Part shown: in pieces, positions 25,336 to 39,765 of the stretch
Layout of the letters: each line of letters opens with the position of its first letter
Numbering within the stretch: position 1 is the first letter of the stretch
Source: Octopus vulgaris
Taxonomy: Eukaryota
NCBI GenBank assembly: GCA_951406725.2
Contig: OX597823.1
Location: forward strand, 67,084,001 to 67,148,000
Direction: 5' to 3'
Length of the DNA stretch: 64,000 bases
The notes under the pieces: model-generated
Databases searched by the model: none
Told to the model about the DNA's origin: nothing
What the model saw: the letters and a program-made list of their open reading frames with translations, nothing else
Program-made: the position numbers and the translations under genes

Positions 25336-27279
25336 TATATTTTATCACAAACTTATATATAAACATGAAACTGGCCATGAAAGCTAATAAAGGCTGAATA
25401 CATCGGTTATAGTCTGACTAACGCATAGTAACTACTTGGACATAGCGTCAAGTCCGTATCTTTTATGTGATACCGTTGAACAACCAATTAGTATTCCGAC
25501 ATCATTTTGACTACTTTAATTAATGTTGGCTCACATTGATACCAGTCAACACTTTTGCAAAACTTTTCAGAATAATGCTTATTAGTATTATAGAGTGTAC
25601 AATACGCACACGTATAAACATTTACAATTGCAGCTTTAGAGTAGCAATTAGTGAACCACATATAGTTTTCCATTTTCTATATTTTAAAGTTAAATGTGGA
25701 TGCAAGTACGCGCACAGTGCATATTAGTTAAACTAAGTATTCTACCACCGCTGCTACTCCAATGCCTTTCTGGAGACAAAAATTCTTCTATACTGTTGCT
25801 CAAAAGTCCATCACTAAATTTACATACACGGTACATGCTTGAGAGAAGTAAGCCGCACGAACTGTTCTGATCACTTTCATTGAAACGTTAGATATTGAAC
25901 CAACGCTGTTAACAATTAATGATGTTGATATATTTAATTTATAAATTCCCCTAGACCGACTCCAGCTTAGTAGTAAAAAAACACATCTGGAAATAGAAAA
26001 CCTAATGACTATCAGAGATAAAATTAATCTAGTTGTAATATAGGTGTAAATATATCAGGATATCACATCCTTCAAGTCGAGGTAACAGAAAGGCAAATAT
26101 TGTAATTGTTTTATCAAAAACTCATCGCAGGCACTTAGACATTTTACTTGATAACTGTTAATCAGTAGAACATTATGAGATACTTTTTTAGTACTTGTAA
26201 CAACATACGCTTCGGGCTATTGAGAAATCCATGGCCTTTAGTTATAAACACTGGGCAGTACAGGAATCAAAGACAAGCTTTTTAGATGGATACTATCGTT
26301 CCTTATCACTGCTGATACATATCATTAGGTGTTCTATGATTTATCGATTACCTACTTGAGAATCAGGCAAACAAATCATTTTCCTAGGAAGTAGATACTG
26401 GCGCTTCCTGTAATTGATGTATTCAAGAAGAATATATTTGAAATTAGTCCAACGATAGTACTAACATTTTCGATTGGTAATGAATTCAAAATCAAATTTG
26501 GCTTTTGGCCGGTTTGGAACTTATAAGGTTGTCACTCGAAACTGAATTTCAAAAGACTTTTCCTTCTTATAGTACTAACACATCACCACTTCATGATCGT
26601 GAATGATCACCACGATACTCCTACAAATGATGTAAGAAGTATTTTCATCTAAGTGAACTGAACCACTGACAGTTACATATAGCTTTGGATGCCACCGTGG
26701 TATGCAGTGCAGTACTGACAGCAAGAAGCGAACTGCCAGTTTGTAATCTCATAACCAAAAACAAACATAATTACTGGTTTAGTCAGTCACTCTTCTACTT
26801 TTACACATTACAAAACCTCGCATAATGTTTTTATAGTATTCAATAATATTTATTTTCATTCAACGCGTGAGAAACCAAAAGACAGACGCAACTCGGTTAA
26901 ATACCGTTTGAATACAAACAACAAATACGAAGTAAAACAATAATATAAAAGTAAAAACGTGGAAAAGTCTAAAAGCTGTGTGCAGTGAATTTCTAAGATA
27001 AAAGCAAATTTAATCAAAGACCAGTGATACATCTTAAATGCTACATGACCGATCGAGGATGAGATTTCTTCTTCGAGCCAATATAGAAAAAAGAACTGGA
27101 AAGTGCTGAAGTAAGCAGCGTGTGTAATGATGTATTAATGAAGTTTACATGGATGGTTAGTGATGCAAGCAAGTTGTGTCATTGGGGAAATATATCTGAT
27201 ACACAACTTCTTAAACTCTTATATCATCATCACAACCATAAATGATGCCAAGAATAATAATAAGATTTTCTGATATTGA

Positions 27280-28176
27280 AATGATTAGTCGACTATATCG
27301 ATCCCAGTACGTTGATTGTACTTTATCTTATCGACCCCGTTAAAAAGAAAGGCAACGTAAATCTCAGCCAGATTTGAACTCCGAAAGTATAAAGCTAGAA
27401 CAAACACCGCAAAGCAATTTGCTGACAGCTGACGATTTTGCCAATACGTTAATGAAATGCATAATGGTTTCAAATCGCCAGAAATTCTTTGGACAGGATA
27501 TTAGACGATACATCAAGACTAATTCTTGACTGGTGGTCAATTTTTAATCGTCATACTAGTAGGCGCAGTGTGGTCCAACATTTAACAAGTTTACTTCGCA
27601 ACCACCAGATTCCTGGTTCAATACAATAGTGTGGAATTTTATATATTGCTTTGTACAGCCTCGGGTCGCCTTATACACTATGGGGGGAATTGACCAACGA
27701 GAGATGAAAAGCAAAGTTGACTTCGTCATAGTTTGAACTCAGACAGTAATGAACCGGAACAAATATGACAACGCATTTTTCTGACATCCTAACGATTTTG
27801 ATAATCCAGCATCCCGACAATAATAACCATTATCATTTCAAATTCTGGCACAAGGCGAACAATTTTAAGGGGTGGGACCAGTCGATTACATTGATCACAG
27901 TCCTTGAGTGGCACATTAATTTATAAACCTCGAAATGATGCAAGTTAATATCATTTCGGTAGCAATGCCGCTAAGCATTTTTTTTTTCGAATTTTGTAAG
28001 GAGGGACAAGTCGTTACATCGACCCCACTGCATAACTGACTACATATTCGTTGAACCCGAAAGGGATCAGAGATAATATTGACCACGGCGCAACTCGGAC
28101 TCAGAAAGTAAAGACGTATGAACTGCCGCATGCCGTTTTCTCCGACGTGCAAACGGCTCTGCCAGCTCACCGCCTT
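27280..28176 (-). mobile_element. Cluster of ~4 inverted SINE family A copies
   Basis: Repeated GTCGAC..ATCGACCCCA, GAAAGG, TTTGAACTC and CTGCCAGCTCACCGCCTT (reverse-complement head). Confidence 0.7.
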
Positions 28177-28361
28177 GACCATAATACTCATAATGATTCT
28201 TTCTTATTGGCAGCAAGGCGCGTACAAAAACTGAATTACGAAACTATTACGAAACGAATGAGGATACAAGCAAAATTCTAGAAAAATGAGAAGATAAAGA
28301 CATCTTACAGGATATTAGTATTTGCTTAGCTGCACAAAAATGAAGTTAATTAATGAATATG

Positions 28362-28725
28362 TAGGCGAAGGTGTGGTTGTGTGGTGGGAAGTTTGTTACC
28401 TAATCACATGGTTCCGGGTTCAGTGCCATTGCGTGGGACTTTGGGCAAATACCTTCTACTATAGCCTCGGGTCGAACAAAGCCTTGTGAGTGGATTTGGT
28501 AGACGGAAACTGAAAGAAACCCGTCATATGTGTATATATATATATATGCGTGTGTGTGTGTATCTATGTGTGTGTTTTTGTGTCTGTTTGTTCCCCACCA
28601 CCGTATGACAACTGGTGTTGGTTTGTTTATCCTGCACCCGCAAATTAGCGGTTCAGCAAAAGAGACCGAGAAAATAAGTACTGCGCGTTAAAAAATAAGA
28701 CGAGTCCATTTATTCGACTGAAACA
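28362..28725 (+). mobile_element. Full-length tRNA-derived SINE family B (CORE-like) with internal TA/TG microsatellite
   Basis: AGGCGAAGGTGTGGTTGTGTGG head, GGTTCAGTGCC, TTGGGCAA, ACTATAGCCTCGGGTCG, GGATTTGGTAGACGGAAACTGAAAGAA, tail TAGCGGTTCAGCAAAAGAGACCGA. Confidence 0.8.
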
Positions 28726-29399
28726 ATTAAAAAGTAGAATATAGAAAATGCAAATATAATTAAAATTCCCGATACTCAAAGGAACAACAGAAAACTCCTA
28801 ATAACATGAATGTGAAAACTTTAATTCCATTGTTAAGTATCCCTCACATGTCTGATACTTTCGCTAAGCCATTTCTTTTCTATACTTGTAGTGCATGTAA
28901 TTTCTCTTCCAAAAGCATCGCAAGCAATTTTGGAGTCAAGATGAGCTCCACTACTTCGTCATTGTTCACGTAAACCTCTTCATACAATTTTCTATAAAAC
29001 CGCCGAGGCGTTAGTTTGAGAGTTATTGCATCCAAGATGTTCACTCTACTAACAATAATTCCATAGGATCAAGACTGATGCCGATACCCAAAACGTTTTT
29101 TTTTTTATTTGCTCTTTTTCCCCTGCAGATCTGAGGATGTGATGATCAAATTCTGTATTATCTGAAATGTTCTAGGGAAGTTTGGAGAAATCAAAACGAA
29201 ACATCAAAAGCTTTGTGGAATTGCAGCAGCCTTTTATTCTGTTGGCCAAAGTGCATTCCGGGACGTCTTGCTTGATTAACTGTATTACTACTGAGTGTAG
29301 TAAGAGCAAAATATAACTCTACACGGAGCAAGGTTTGCAGTAATGATAGAAAAAAATTGAGATCAGCAAAATCCGTTCTATTATCTTGTAGGTATGTGC

Positions 29400-29622
29400 C
29401 TTCATTTATTTCTTTGACAGAATTGTAAACCGCGGAGATTTCAATGTTGCCAAACCTGATAAAGCTTACGAGCTCACAATAACTGCCGACAAATTCTTAG
29501 ATGTTAGTTCAAGTGTTATGAATATCAATGCCGTTAAAACAAAAGTTTCATCTGCTGATACCTTACCTTCTGAAAGAATCCATGCAATACTAAATAGCGA
29601 GATTCTCAAAAGAGATCGATGA
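29400..29622 (+). pseudogene. Possible ancient LINE RT fragment
   Basis: Open frame ...VMNINAVKTKV...EILKR* resembles the LxINxxKTKvm motif of RTE/CR1-type RTs; weak. Confidence 0.3.
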
Positions 29623-29682
29623 ATAAATGATGAATAAGTGATGAAGAGTATAATCATGTTCTGTTCGTGATGTTATTTATTC

Positions 29683-30262
29683 TTTTCTACTATAGGCACA
29701 AGGCCCTAAATTTTGGGGTAGGGGCCAGTCGATTAGATCGACCGCAGTACGCAACTGGTATTTAATTTATCGACCATGAAAGGATGAAAGGCAAAGTCGA
29801 CCTCGGCGGAATTCGAACTCAAAACATGAAGACAGACGAAATACCTATTTCTTTACTACTCACAAGAAGCTAAACACAGAGAGGACAAACACGGACAGAC
29901 AAACGGATTAAGTCGATTATATCGACCCCAGTGCGTAACTGGTACTTATTTAATCGACCCTGAAAGGATGAAAGGCAAAGTCGACCTCGGCGGAATTTGA
30001 ACTCAGAACGTAGCGGCAGACGAAATACCTATTTCTTTATTACCCACAAGTGGCTACACACAGAGGGGACAAACAAGGACAGACATAGGTATTAAGTCGA
30101 TTACATCGACCCCAGTGCGTAACTGGTACTAAATTTATCGACCCCGAAAGGATGAAAGGCAAAGTCGACCACGGCGGAATTTGAACTCACAACGTAACGC
30201 AGACGAAATACCGCTAAGCTTTTCGCCCGGCGTGCTAACGTTTCTGCCAACTCGACGCCTTC
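29683..30262 (-). mobile_element. Trimeric/composite SINE family A (one head, three ~184-bp bodies)
   Basis: GAAAGGATGAAAGGCAAAGTCGACC...GAACTC...GACGAAATACC occurs three times at ~184-bp period; head only at 30213-30262. Confidence 0.9.
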
Positions 30263-31680
30263 GGGGTGGTATTTATTGACTCGAAAAGGCAAATAGGACT
30301 GCACTATTCATTCAAGTTTAAAGATTCGTATCTTACGATTACGTTTCTGCTCCTTTACCTGACTACAGAAGATGTAGGAAGAATAGCGTTGTATGTCTTT
30401 AAATATATATCAACCAAATTTTGTCATACACCGTTAGTATAGTGAGCTGTTGACGGTCTTCTTCAATATTTTAGCTGAAAGGAAATATTCAGAACGGTAA
30501 TTACATTTTACTATCTTTATAACGTATTGTTAGATGCGTGTCGTTATTTATTACCAATAAATACCCATATTTTATGTGCCTTGCTTCCGTGTACAATTAT
30601 GATCAACACCGGATTCATTTCATACTTATTCGAACTCTTTATGTCCACTGACTATAAAATACTTGCGAAAGATTAATTTGCTTTATCGCTTTGTTTCTTG
30701 CGTATTCTATACGTTCGCAATAACGTTTACATAAAGTTGTTTATTTATAAGTCAATATATGTGAATTTTCTGAAGATTTCTCAGCTTGTCATTACGGCAT
30801 CTGTATACCGTAGTGACGATTATCATCAATCATCCTTATCATCTTCAGAATTATCATCATCATCAAAATTATCATCGTTGCCGTCAATACAATCTTTACC
30901 ATCATCTTCATCAACATCATCATACACAGTAACTACAACGCCAGCGTGAAGAACACTATTGCCAGCATTAACTACATTACCTTGAAAATTAACACAAGCC
31001 AGTGACAAAACATTTCTGTGTTTGTTGATCATACTAAAAATGTTAGCCAATCTTCTTCAAAATTTCACGTTCTTCCTTTAAAGGAAGACATAGTGGATAG
31101 CATACACTCTATCTGAGGAATGAAAAATAATGACGGGTTGGAATTTCTTTTCGATCATAGGACAACTTCATCGGATAAACAACATTAAACCAACTTTATC
31201 ATATAATAATGAATAATAATCAATTATACCAATATGATTATTATACCTACTTTCTATAATGGGTTTTCCATAACCTATATTATATATACATTTGGTACGT
31301 ACTAAGCCAATTTATAAACACTGATGAGGAACCCAAAGTTCCCACACTGCACATGTATAAGTATGTATATTTTGCACTAGTGTTTCAAAAAGCCACAATT
31401 TTCTGTATTTCGTATGGAAATATTACCACAATTGTAATAATATACATGGATGTAGTTATTCGGATGGTACGCTGAGTACGTTAAGCAGCTAGATAGACTT
31501 TTCTTGTGGGATCGAAATCTCCAAATTATTACAGAACATTTTATAAATATCAAATGACTATTTCTGATATAAGTTTCGTGCCTATAAACTATGTGCTATA
31601 GAAACAGCCTTAACAATTTGAACTTAAAATCTCACCAACTGGAGTCCAATTCATGTCAACGGGAAAACCATAATAAGACT

Positions 31681-32005
31681 AGGAGCACTCCGTCGGTTAC
31701 GACGATGAGGGTTCCAGCTGATACGATCAGCGGAACAGCTTGCTCGTGAAATTAACGTGCAAGTGACTGATCAATCCACAGACACGCGTACCCTTAACGT
31801 AGTTCTCAGGGAGATTCAGCGTGACACAAAGTATGACAAGGCCGGCCCTTTGAAATACAGATACAACTCACTTTTGTCAGCTGAGTGGACTGGAGCAACG
31901 TGAAATAAAGTGTCTTGCTCAAGGACCCAACGCGTTACCGGGAATCGAACTCACGACCTTACAATCGTGAGCCGAATGCCCTAACCACTAAGTCACGCGC
32001 CTTCA
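31681..32005 (-). mobile_element. Full-length tRNA-derived SINE family C
   Basis: Reverse complement GGCGCGTGACTTAGTGGTTAGGGC (A box)...GAGTTCGATTCCC (B box)...CTTGAGCAAGACACTTTATTTCAC; ATAAGAC on both flanks. Confidence 0.85.
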
Positions 32006-33587
32006 CTATAAGACCACACGCATATTTATTAACACATCATCGTTAAAGAACACACTGTGGTCGTAAAAGGAAGTTGATATTCGTAAAAGGAAAAATATAT
32101 TCTCCTATGACACTCACAACAGCGACCAGCATATATTGCCTCTGAATCTAACTAGACATGTTAAGAATAAATATGCGGCTAATCATTCCAGCTTTCGCCG
32201 CACACGGTTCAAATAAGAAAGGTGTTTTAAAGATATTACAGCAATCCTTAAGTCTTTTCTTTGTTGGAATATAGATTAGTTTTGATTAAACTCAAAGTCA
32301 AATATTTTACGAAAGGAGACAAATTAAATGATGTCAACAACAGTAACAGATAATTATTTCGCGCTTTCTTGAGATGATGCAAAGCAATTCAATATAAAGG
32401 CAAGCAAGTTTCAAACTCAGGATTACGATTTTATGACATGGAAACATTTAAATAAAATATCTGAATATAATGAAAATCTGTAGCACCAGCTTTGTATATT
32501 AAATTAATTTATTAGACATTTACTCTGGTCAATCAATCAACTATTCTCTTTCGCAAGTCCATTGAGTTATTTCATTTAAAATTATATTTGAGTAAACAGA
32601 GATTTATCATTTAGACAACGAAAACCCTCCTATCTTTATACTTGACAATAAAATATTTGAGTTGCAACTTCAGTGTAGCATTGATTGGGTATACAGATGT
32701 TTTTATCTGGACATACATATAGAGTATGTTCAATTTAGCGCTGAAAGACAAGGCAATTACTCATTAATTGTGTTATAGTACTAGTATCATACCACTCTAT
32801 GTAAAGATGCGATGATCGATTTCGTTATTGGTAGCTATAACTCCAAACAAGGCAAAAAGTTTATTTCAACAGGAGGATACGAATTGCTTAACTATTGCCT
32901 GATGGCCATTTTAGCTTTCCACTCTCTGAGTTCAACATTGTTATCACCGTTGCTGAGATCAGTAAATTACAGATGATATACTAGTCATTTTCTATGTAAA
33001 TTCAAGCTGTCCGCCGATTTATAACCGAGTCTCAACGTGTCAATATTAGAAATTGCTATCTAAATACATGAATATACCAAACGAAGATTTAAGCAAAGAC
33101 GAACTTCATTAAGAATTATCAAAATATTTACAGTATCTCTAATATAAAAGCGTCTATATATATATATATATATATACAAGGGGAGATTTCTGTATAAACC
33201 TCACTTTGCCTCGTGCAAGAACTTTCATCTCTTGCTGGTCGTTAATCCATGTACACAAAAAATTGGAATACAAGCGAAGTTTCGAGAAAATTTATCGCTA
33301 CTACCCTTCTATGTATATTTTACCATTATACATAAAAACCGATAGATCAGTGGAAGTATTGATGTAGTTTATCAGCACACCTTATTACCTCATGATAAAG
33401 CAGATCATTGGGTGAGTCTGAACACAAGAACTCTAAATCCGACAGGGACACTATCACAGAATCTCACATAAATGGGCTAACGTAGTTTCCCTTAAGTTGG
33501 ATTCATATATACAGACTTTATTTAATTTCATTTATATTAAGTCACGTGTTAAACAAGCACAATTTCGATATACATGTGTATTCTTGC

Positions 33588-33638
<51 letters not shown>

Positions 33639-34068
33639 CCATTTTGGATCTTTTCAATATCGTGAACTTGCTGATAGATATTTTAATTATATAGTGCCTT
33701 AATTGTGTATCCCAAAATTTTAGCCTGCCGGGTGGCTATTTACAAGAGATCAATTACTGTTTTACTCACTTTTTTGTAAATGAGAGATGACGAATTCTTC
33801 TCCGAGCATGTGACTGGCTGCATGTGTTCGCCATTGGTAAGGCCCCGAAAAGCGTATATTCGCTCGAACGAATTTTCCTTCCCTACATTTTTCTCTCTCA
33901 CTTTCGCGCGAACGCTGATAAAAATTGTTTTCAGCACAGAGAGTCCATAACAGATGTTTTCTCACGACAAATATTGCAGTTACTCTCTTATTGACAGTGT
34001 GTCTACAGGAAGTATTCTTTATAGATGCCCAATTTAATTAAATACCGCTTCTATTGTGTATCCCGGGT

Positions 34069-34101
<33 letters not shown>

Positions 34102-34143
34102 GTAAGTAGGTAGGTATGCAGACAGACAGACAAGCAGGCAGGC

Positions 34144-34220
<77 letters not shown>
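34069..34220. repeat. (GATA)n compound microsatellite
   Basis: Directly visible. Confidence 0.95.
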
Positions 34221-34221
<1 letters not shown>

Positions 34222-36418
34222 TCATCGCTACTTCCCAGTAACGCTAAAACATATCTTGGATTGTTTGTCAATTTGCCGGAAACACGAAAAATTAATGAGC
34301 CATCATTATTAATTTTTCTCACCCTATATTTGATCCCACTCTACTTTTTTTGTCTTTTATAAGGTTCCATTGATATATGTTCTCATCCCAATACATCCCA
34401 ACACACTTAACTTCTTTATCCAATTAGTATTGTTGCTTTCTGTTTCTTGTCATGCATAATTAACATGACTTCTTCAATCGTCCTTTTCCTTTTTACATAT
34501 TAGTCTTCTTCCTTAATTCCTTGCTGGTAATAGCTTCATAATTCCTACATCTTGTAATTCCAATCAATTGGCTTTCTTTTCTTTTATCTTCTATTTGTAT
34601 TTTCTTTCCTTCGCAAAATAGCAAATAATTGTAGGATTAATTTGGTGCTGCACTTTTGACACAAAAACACAATGTTATAGATTATTTCAAGCAACTACTA
34701 CACTTTACAAGTCAGCCAGAAGGCGTCTACATCATGGCAGATCGAACTGTTAGAAGCAGCAGATGATTCGTTCTCAGATTACATCCTACTGTCTGAAAAT
34801 TTGCAGAAAGCCTTGCCTGATGTAGTATTAGACACGTATCGGATAGAAGAATGTGTGATCTACGCAGAAATGCCATTCATCTCAATTAGGCCGGATTGAG
34901 GCTAGTACGGTCATTTGGGGGAATAGGAACAGTTTGGTGAATAGGGACAGAAAATTAGAAAGCCCTATACCAGCATAGTAAGAGCTCTGGTCTACAGCTG
35001 ATCTCATGCCCCTAGAGCATTGATAACACTTACCAAATTTGCCAGGCCGGCAATAAATATTTTGCCTCGCTTATCCTTACAACACAGATTTTTAAAATCC
35101 TTTCAAATATCATCCCTAATATGTCTTACCAATTGTCTATCATCCACGGGCATCAGATCGGTCAGTGGACCAGAGTTCTCACCAATGACATCAGAATTCT
35201 AATTTTCGTTTTTTTCTTTTTTTTGTCCCGATTCACCGAGAAGTCCCTATTCCTCCCAAACCCCGATAATAACAGAAGCAGCTACCAAATTTTCATCAAT
35301 CTGTAGTTATATTTCTATATCTTGAAATTTCTTGAATTAATAACAGAACAGATTGCACTCTAACTTAACAGTTGTATTTTTAAAGATAGAAAGTGAACCC
35401 AGACCCCCAAAAAATAATTGCTCTATCAATTTACAATTATGAAATACCGCAAAACGTTGATGTGAAAATTGATGCAAAACAGTCGTATCCAACATGGATT
35501 TGAAATACATTTACTGTCGTAATCGAAATTTGCTTCAAAAATACAATAAATCTCATTCCAATTATATTCATTCTAATATTTGTATTTCTATGTTGTTGTT
35601 CTTACTGCTGCTATGATTGTTGTTGCTAAAAATATCCTTAATCGTGGGGAGAGCGCTATATAATGTGAGCACATATACGTATCGCTTACTTTCAGTTACT
35701 TTTTTTCTTCTTTTGCTTACTCTTTTCTTCTTTATTTTCATTTCTCCTCGTTTCAGCTTTTCTATTTTCTTCCTTGGCCGCAATTTTCCTCCTCTTTTAT
35801 ACTAAATTATTTATTTATTCTCTTCTTTATTTTCCCATCCCCCATATATCGACATTTAGTTTTAATTTCTAATTCTTATTTCTATTTTAATTCAAATTAT
35901 CACTTGCAACATTTTATTTCCAATAAGTTCCTTCTCATTCTTTGTATTTTTTATTCCTGTTTCTCTCAGTTTCAATATTTCATTATATTACAGTTATAGT
36001 CAAGAGTTTCTATCCGATACTATCCCTGTATTTAAAAAAGTAATTGCTCTACCTAGTCAGCGAGGATCTTTTCCTTTTGAACGGCAGTTTTCAACACAAT
36101 TTCTAGTTAACTAAACACTTTTAAACTTCGTATACTGGTAGAATGTGTCAAAATAAAACATTTTTTTCTCTTGGCTTTCTTGAGAAAATTGTAATTTGTA
36201 AGTTTAACGTAGTTTAATATTTCGAATTTTAACCAATCGATGGCCTCATTTGCTGCGTCTAAAACTGAGATAAATGTTTATTCGATGGCTTGAAAACAAT
36301 GTATAGTTAAATTATATTTATAAACCATTTTCTAAATATTCACAACTGTCTGATGATTGGTTTCGCAGAATTCAAAGTAGTCTTTTCGGCTTCACTAAAA
36401 CACTATCTATCTATCTAC

Positions 36419-36454
<36 letters not shown>

Positions 36455-36455
<1 letters not shown>

Positions 36456-36643
36456 CTTGTTTCAGTCATTGAAACTGCGGTCATGCTGGGGCACCGCCTT
36501 GAAGAATTTTAGTCGAATCAATCGACCACAGTACAATATTTTAAAGACTTGTGCTTTTCCTATCGGGGAGTTTTTTGCCGAACCGCTAGATAACGAGGAC
36601 GCAGCCTCACCAACACTGGTTTACAAACGGCGTAGGGGATAGA

Positions 36644-36677
<34 letters not shown>

Positions 36678-37260
36678 TATATAACACAGGCTTCTTTCAG
36701 TTTCGGTCCACCAAATCTGCTCACAAGGCTTCCGTTGGTTTGAAGCTATAGCAAAACAAAAAAAAACCCACTTGTCCAGGATGCCACGCAATGGTACTGA
36801 ACCCGAAACCGTGTCGTTGGGAAGCAAACTTCTTGCAACACTGCCAAACCTGCGCCTTATGTTTTACTTGCTTCAATCTCTAGACTGCGATCGTGCTTTG
36901 GCATCACCTTGGAGAGTCGTTAGTGGAACGAATCGACTGCAATATTATCGTTAAGCTTGTTATTTCATTCTATCGGTAGCTCTTTTTATGATACCTGTGG
37001 CAGGGGACCAACACAGACACAAAATCACACAACTGCATGCACACGCTCAAACACACACACACACACACACACACATACGCATGCACGCATGCACACACAC
37101 ACACAGACACACAGAGTAGGTGCGGCTGTATGGTAAGAATCTTGCTTCCCAACCACACGGCTTTGGGTTCAGTCCCACTGCATGGGCACATATCTTCCAC
37201 TATAGCCTTGGGCCGACCATAGATTTGTGAATAGATTTGACAGACAGTAAAAAAGCTCAT
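36455..37260. mobile_element. Cluster of SINE family B copies (two minus, one plus at ~37115-37260)
   Basis: CTTCTTTCAGTTTCGG..CCAAATC, GGTACTGAACCCG; GGCTGTATGGTAAG...GGTTCAGTCCCACTGC...ACTATAGCCTTGGGCCGACC. Confidence 0.75.
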
Positions 37261-37300
<40 letters not shown>

Positions 37301-37848
37301 TGTGTGTGTATGTGTATACGTATATACGTATGTGTACGTGTCACTGTGTGAGAAAGTGGGTTCTATATTAGCGATATTTTTCTGCTTCTAAAGCTTGTAT
37401 TAAAATAGAGACATTTCCTAACTACAAATCATACAAAACTTTTTTCATTCCATTTATCGCTCTACACAATACGTACAGTACATCGTTATGACCACGGCGA
37501 ACAGGTTCACGCAGCATGGATTAAATATTCGTTTCAGAATTGATACTGAGCTACTACTTAGCCGTTCGTTAACACGTGAAAAGGAAATGAATGGCAAAAA
37601 CACGATTTCCTTCACCACTTGTGGAATCAATACATGTGTTCACTAATACAAACTGTTACGCACGAAACATAAAGTAATCGACTCTAATTATTGTCTTAAT
37701 GGATTGGATAAATAGATATGATATCTTTTATTCTTATCATTGATTATTGGAAGGCGGCGAAATGTTTGAAAGCGGGCTGGATCATACTGTTTCGTTTATC
37801 GATTGAATCCCATATCTTGGTATATTTACACCTATATCTACGTATATA

Positions 37849-37884
<36 letters not shown>

Positions 37885-38861
37885 CATGCATAGATATATA
37901 CACACACACACATATATATATATATTTATATATATATCATATGCAACTACTTTATATAATAACGTACACAAGGACACACACATATGAATGTTATATATGT
38001 ATCTATTTATATATGTACATATATGTATGTGTGTGTATATATGTATACGCTACTTTATATCTGTATATTATATTATACGAAATATACTTCCATACATAGT
38101 TTCTCTAAAATGATTTATGCATTTTTACTTCTAGAGAGAACATGTATCTCTGAAAAATTGAAAAGTTAAAGTCATGAGATTAAACTGGTCGGTTAGCATC
38201 CAACTTTATTGAAGTCAGAAACTTTAAATTTCTATAGGATTCGTGAATGATCAAATCTAAATATTGTATGTAATGTTTATATCCCCAAAATTCGTTTAGC
38301 TAGTTCAAATTTATATTCTAATATAGATATAATAAAATTTATACACTATACTGGGCTTCATAATCAGATTTGACGGCGTTTGTGTAATGTCTGGGTTATA
38401 TTACTAGTTACTCGGTTATGTGTGTATACCTAACTTCGATATTATTTGATAATGTAGCAGACTAGAGGAGTGTATTATACAATTACTTTTACAATCAAAA
38501 TTTACTGAGATTCTAAGGGTTGGAACTATTTTCCAGGTAGTTTCTAGCGTGTGGTATCATATCTTGCAGAACGATTAAACCTCCTACTTGCTTCGGCGTT
38601 TAGACAGCTAAGAAAGGCATTCTTGGATTCCATCCAAATTGACTAATGTTCTGTCTAGACTTTTCTGATTGAATTCTTTTTGCTAATTTCAGTCATAGGA
38701 GTATGCCCACACAAGGGTCACAACCTCGAAAAGACTTTAATCGATTATATTGATCCAAGTTTATCGATTACTATATATTTTATCGAAGATATTGTAACAT
38801 TGTTATTATAAAAATACAATAAAAATGAAAATAAAAAATAAAATTAAAATTATAAAGAAAC

Positions 38862-38933
<72 letters not shown>

Positions 38934-38961
38934 CATTATTATTATTATTATCATCATTATT
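38862..38961. repeat. (ATT)n microsatellite
   Basis: Directly visible. Confidence 0.95.
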
Positions 38962-39494
38962 AATGCGTATTTATATCTGAGACTGACAGATTGTGTTGAA
39001 TTATACAAAATAACTCACGATGCTTATTCGACAGTATTGGCAGCGATTTAATTAAATAAATCTTTTCTTAAAGTACATGATTTTGTTTCTAGTTTCGAAG
39101 TATTTGTTATCGTTGCCATTAAGAAATATTCATTATTTTTGGCATTATCCTAATTGTTGTTATCGTAATTGTTGTTGTTGAGAGATAGTGCAGTGTGCAA
39201 CGTCCAATTGGTAGAATCTTTTGAACATCAGGAAAAATTGTCTTGAATTATTTGAACGGCTTCTAGGTTCAAATTCTCTGAAGTCAATTCTCTTATTCAT
39301 TTTTCAAGTATCTATGATATGAAGTACCAGCAGTGTACTAGGGTTAATATATTTGAATATGCCTCCACCTTAGTCAAGTCACCGAAATGTAATTTTTATT
39401 TGTGTTTCTAAGTCGGATTTCTTAATTAGTGCAGTTGAATGTAAAATCAGTGAAGTAACTTTCAAACGGCCCGTGTAGAATTTAGGTACGTTGT

Positions 39495-39765
39495 TTCAAT
39501 CAGCTCTACCATTACTCGACTACGACCGGTTTCATGCATGAATATTTTTCCACAGACCGCTAGATCACACACTTAACAAAATGCAATAGAGTGAATGATA
39601 TGTAAATTAAATATTACATGTACAATGCACATATATTACATGTATAATTCATATCTATAATGCGAAAATACCTTATAGTCAGCAAAAGTGATTCTATTTT
39701 GCGGCCCGGTACTAAATGATCTACGGTTTGATACTGGTTCACGGGTCGGTGGTTGGAGACCCCTG
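39495..39765 (+). mobile_element. hAT (Charlie/MER1-like) non-autonomous element, decayed left end
   Basis: Right end GGTGGTTGGAGACCCCTG (reverse complement CAGGGGTCTCCAAC); internal GACCGGTTTCATG...TTTTTCCACAGACC typical of this group. Confidence 0.55.

Noticed and set aside
29129-29391. Exon-like segment with strong CTGCAG acceptor and GTATGT donor
   Set aside because: All three frames close early; the region looks like decayed LINE. It cannot be supported as coding.
33740-33970. CpG-richer patch with CCATTGG as a possible promoter
   Set aside because: No linked exon or ORF; insufficient evidence.
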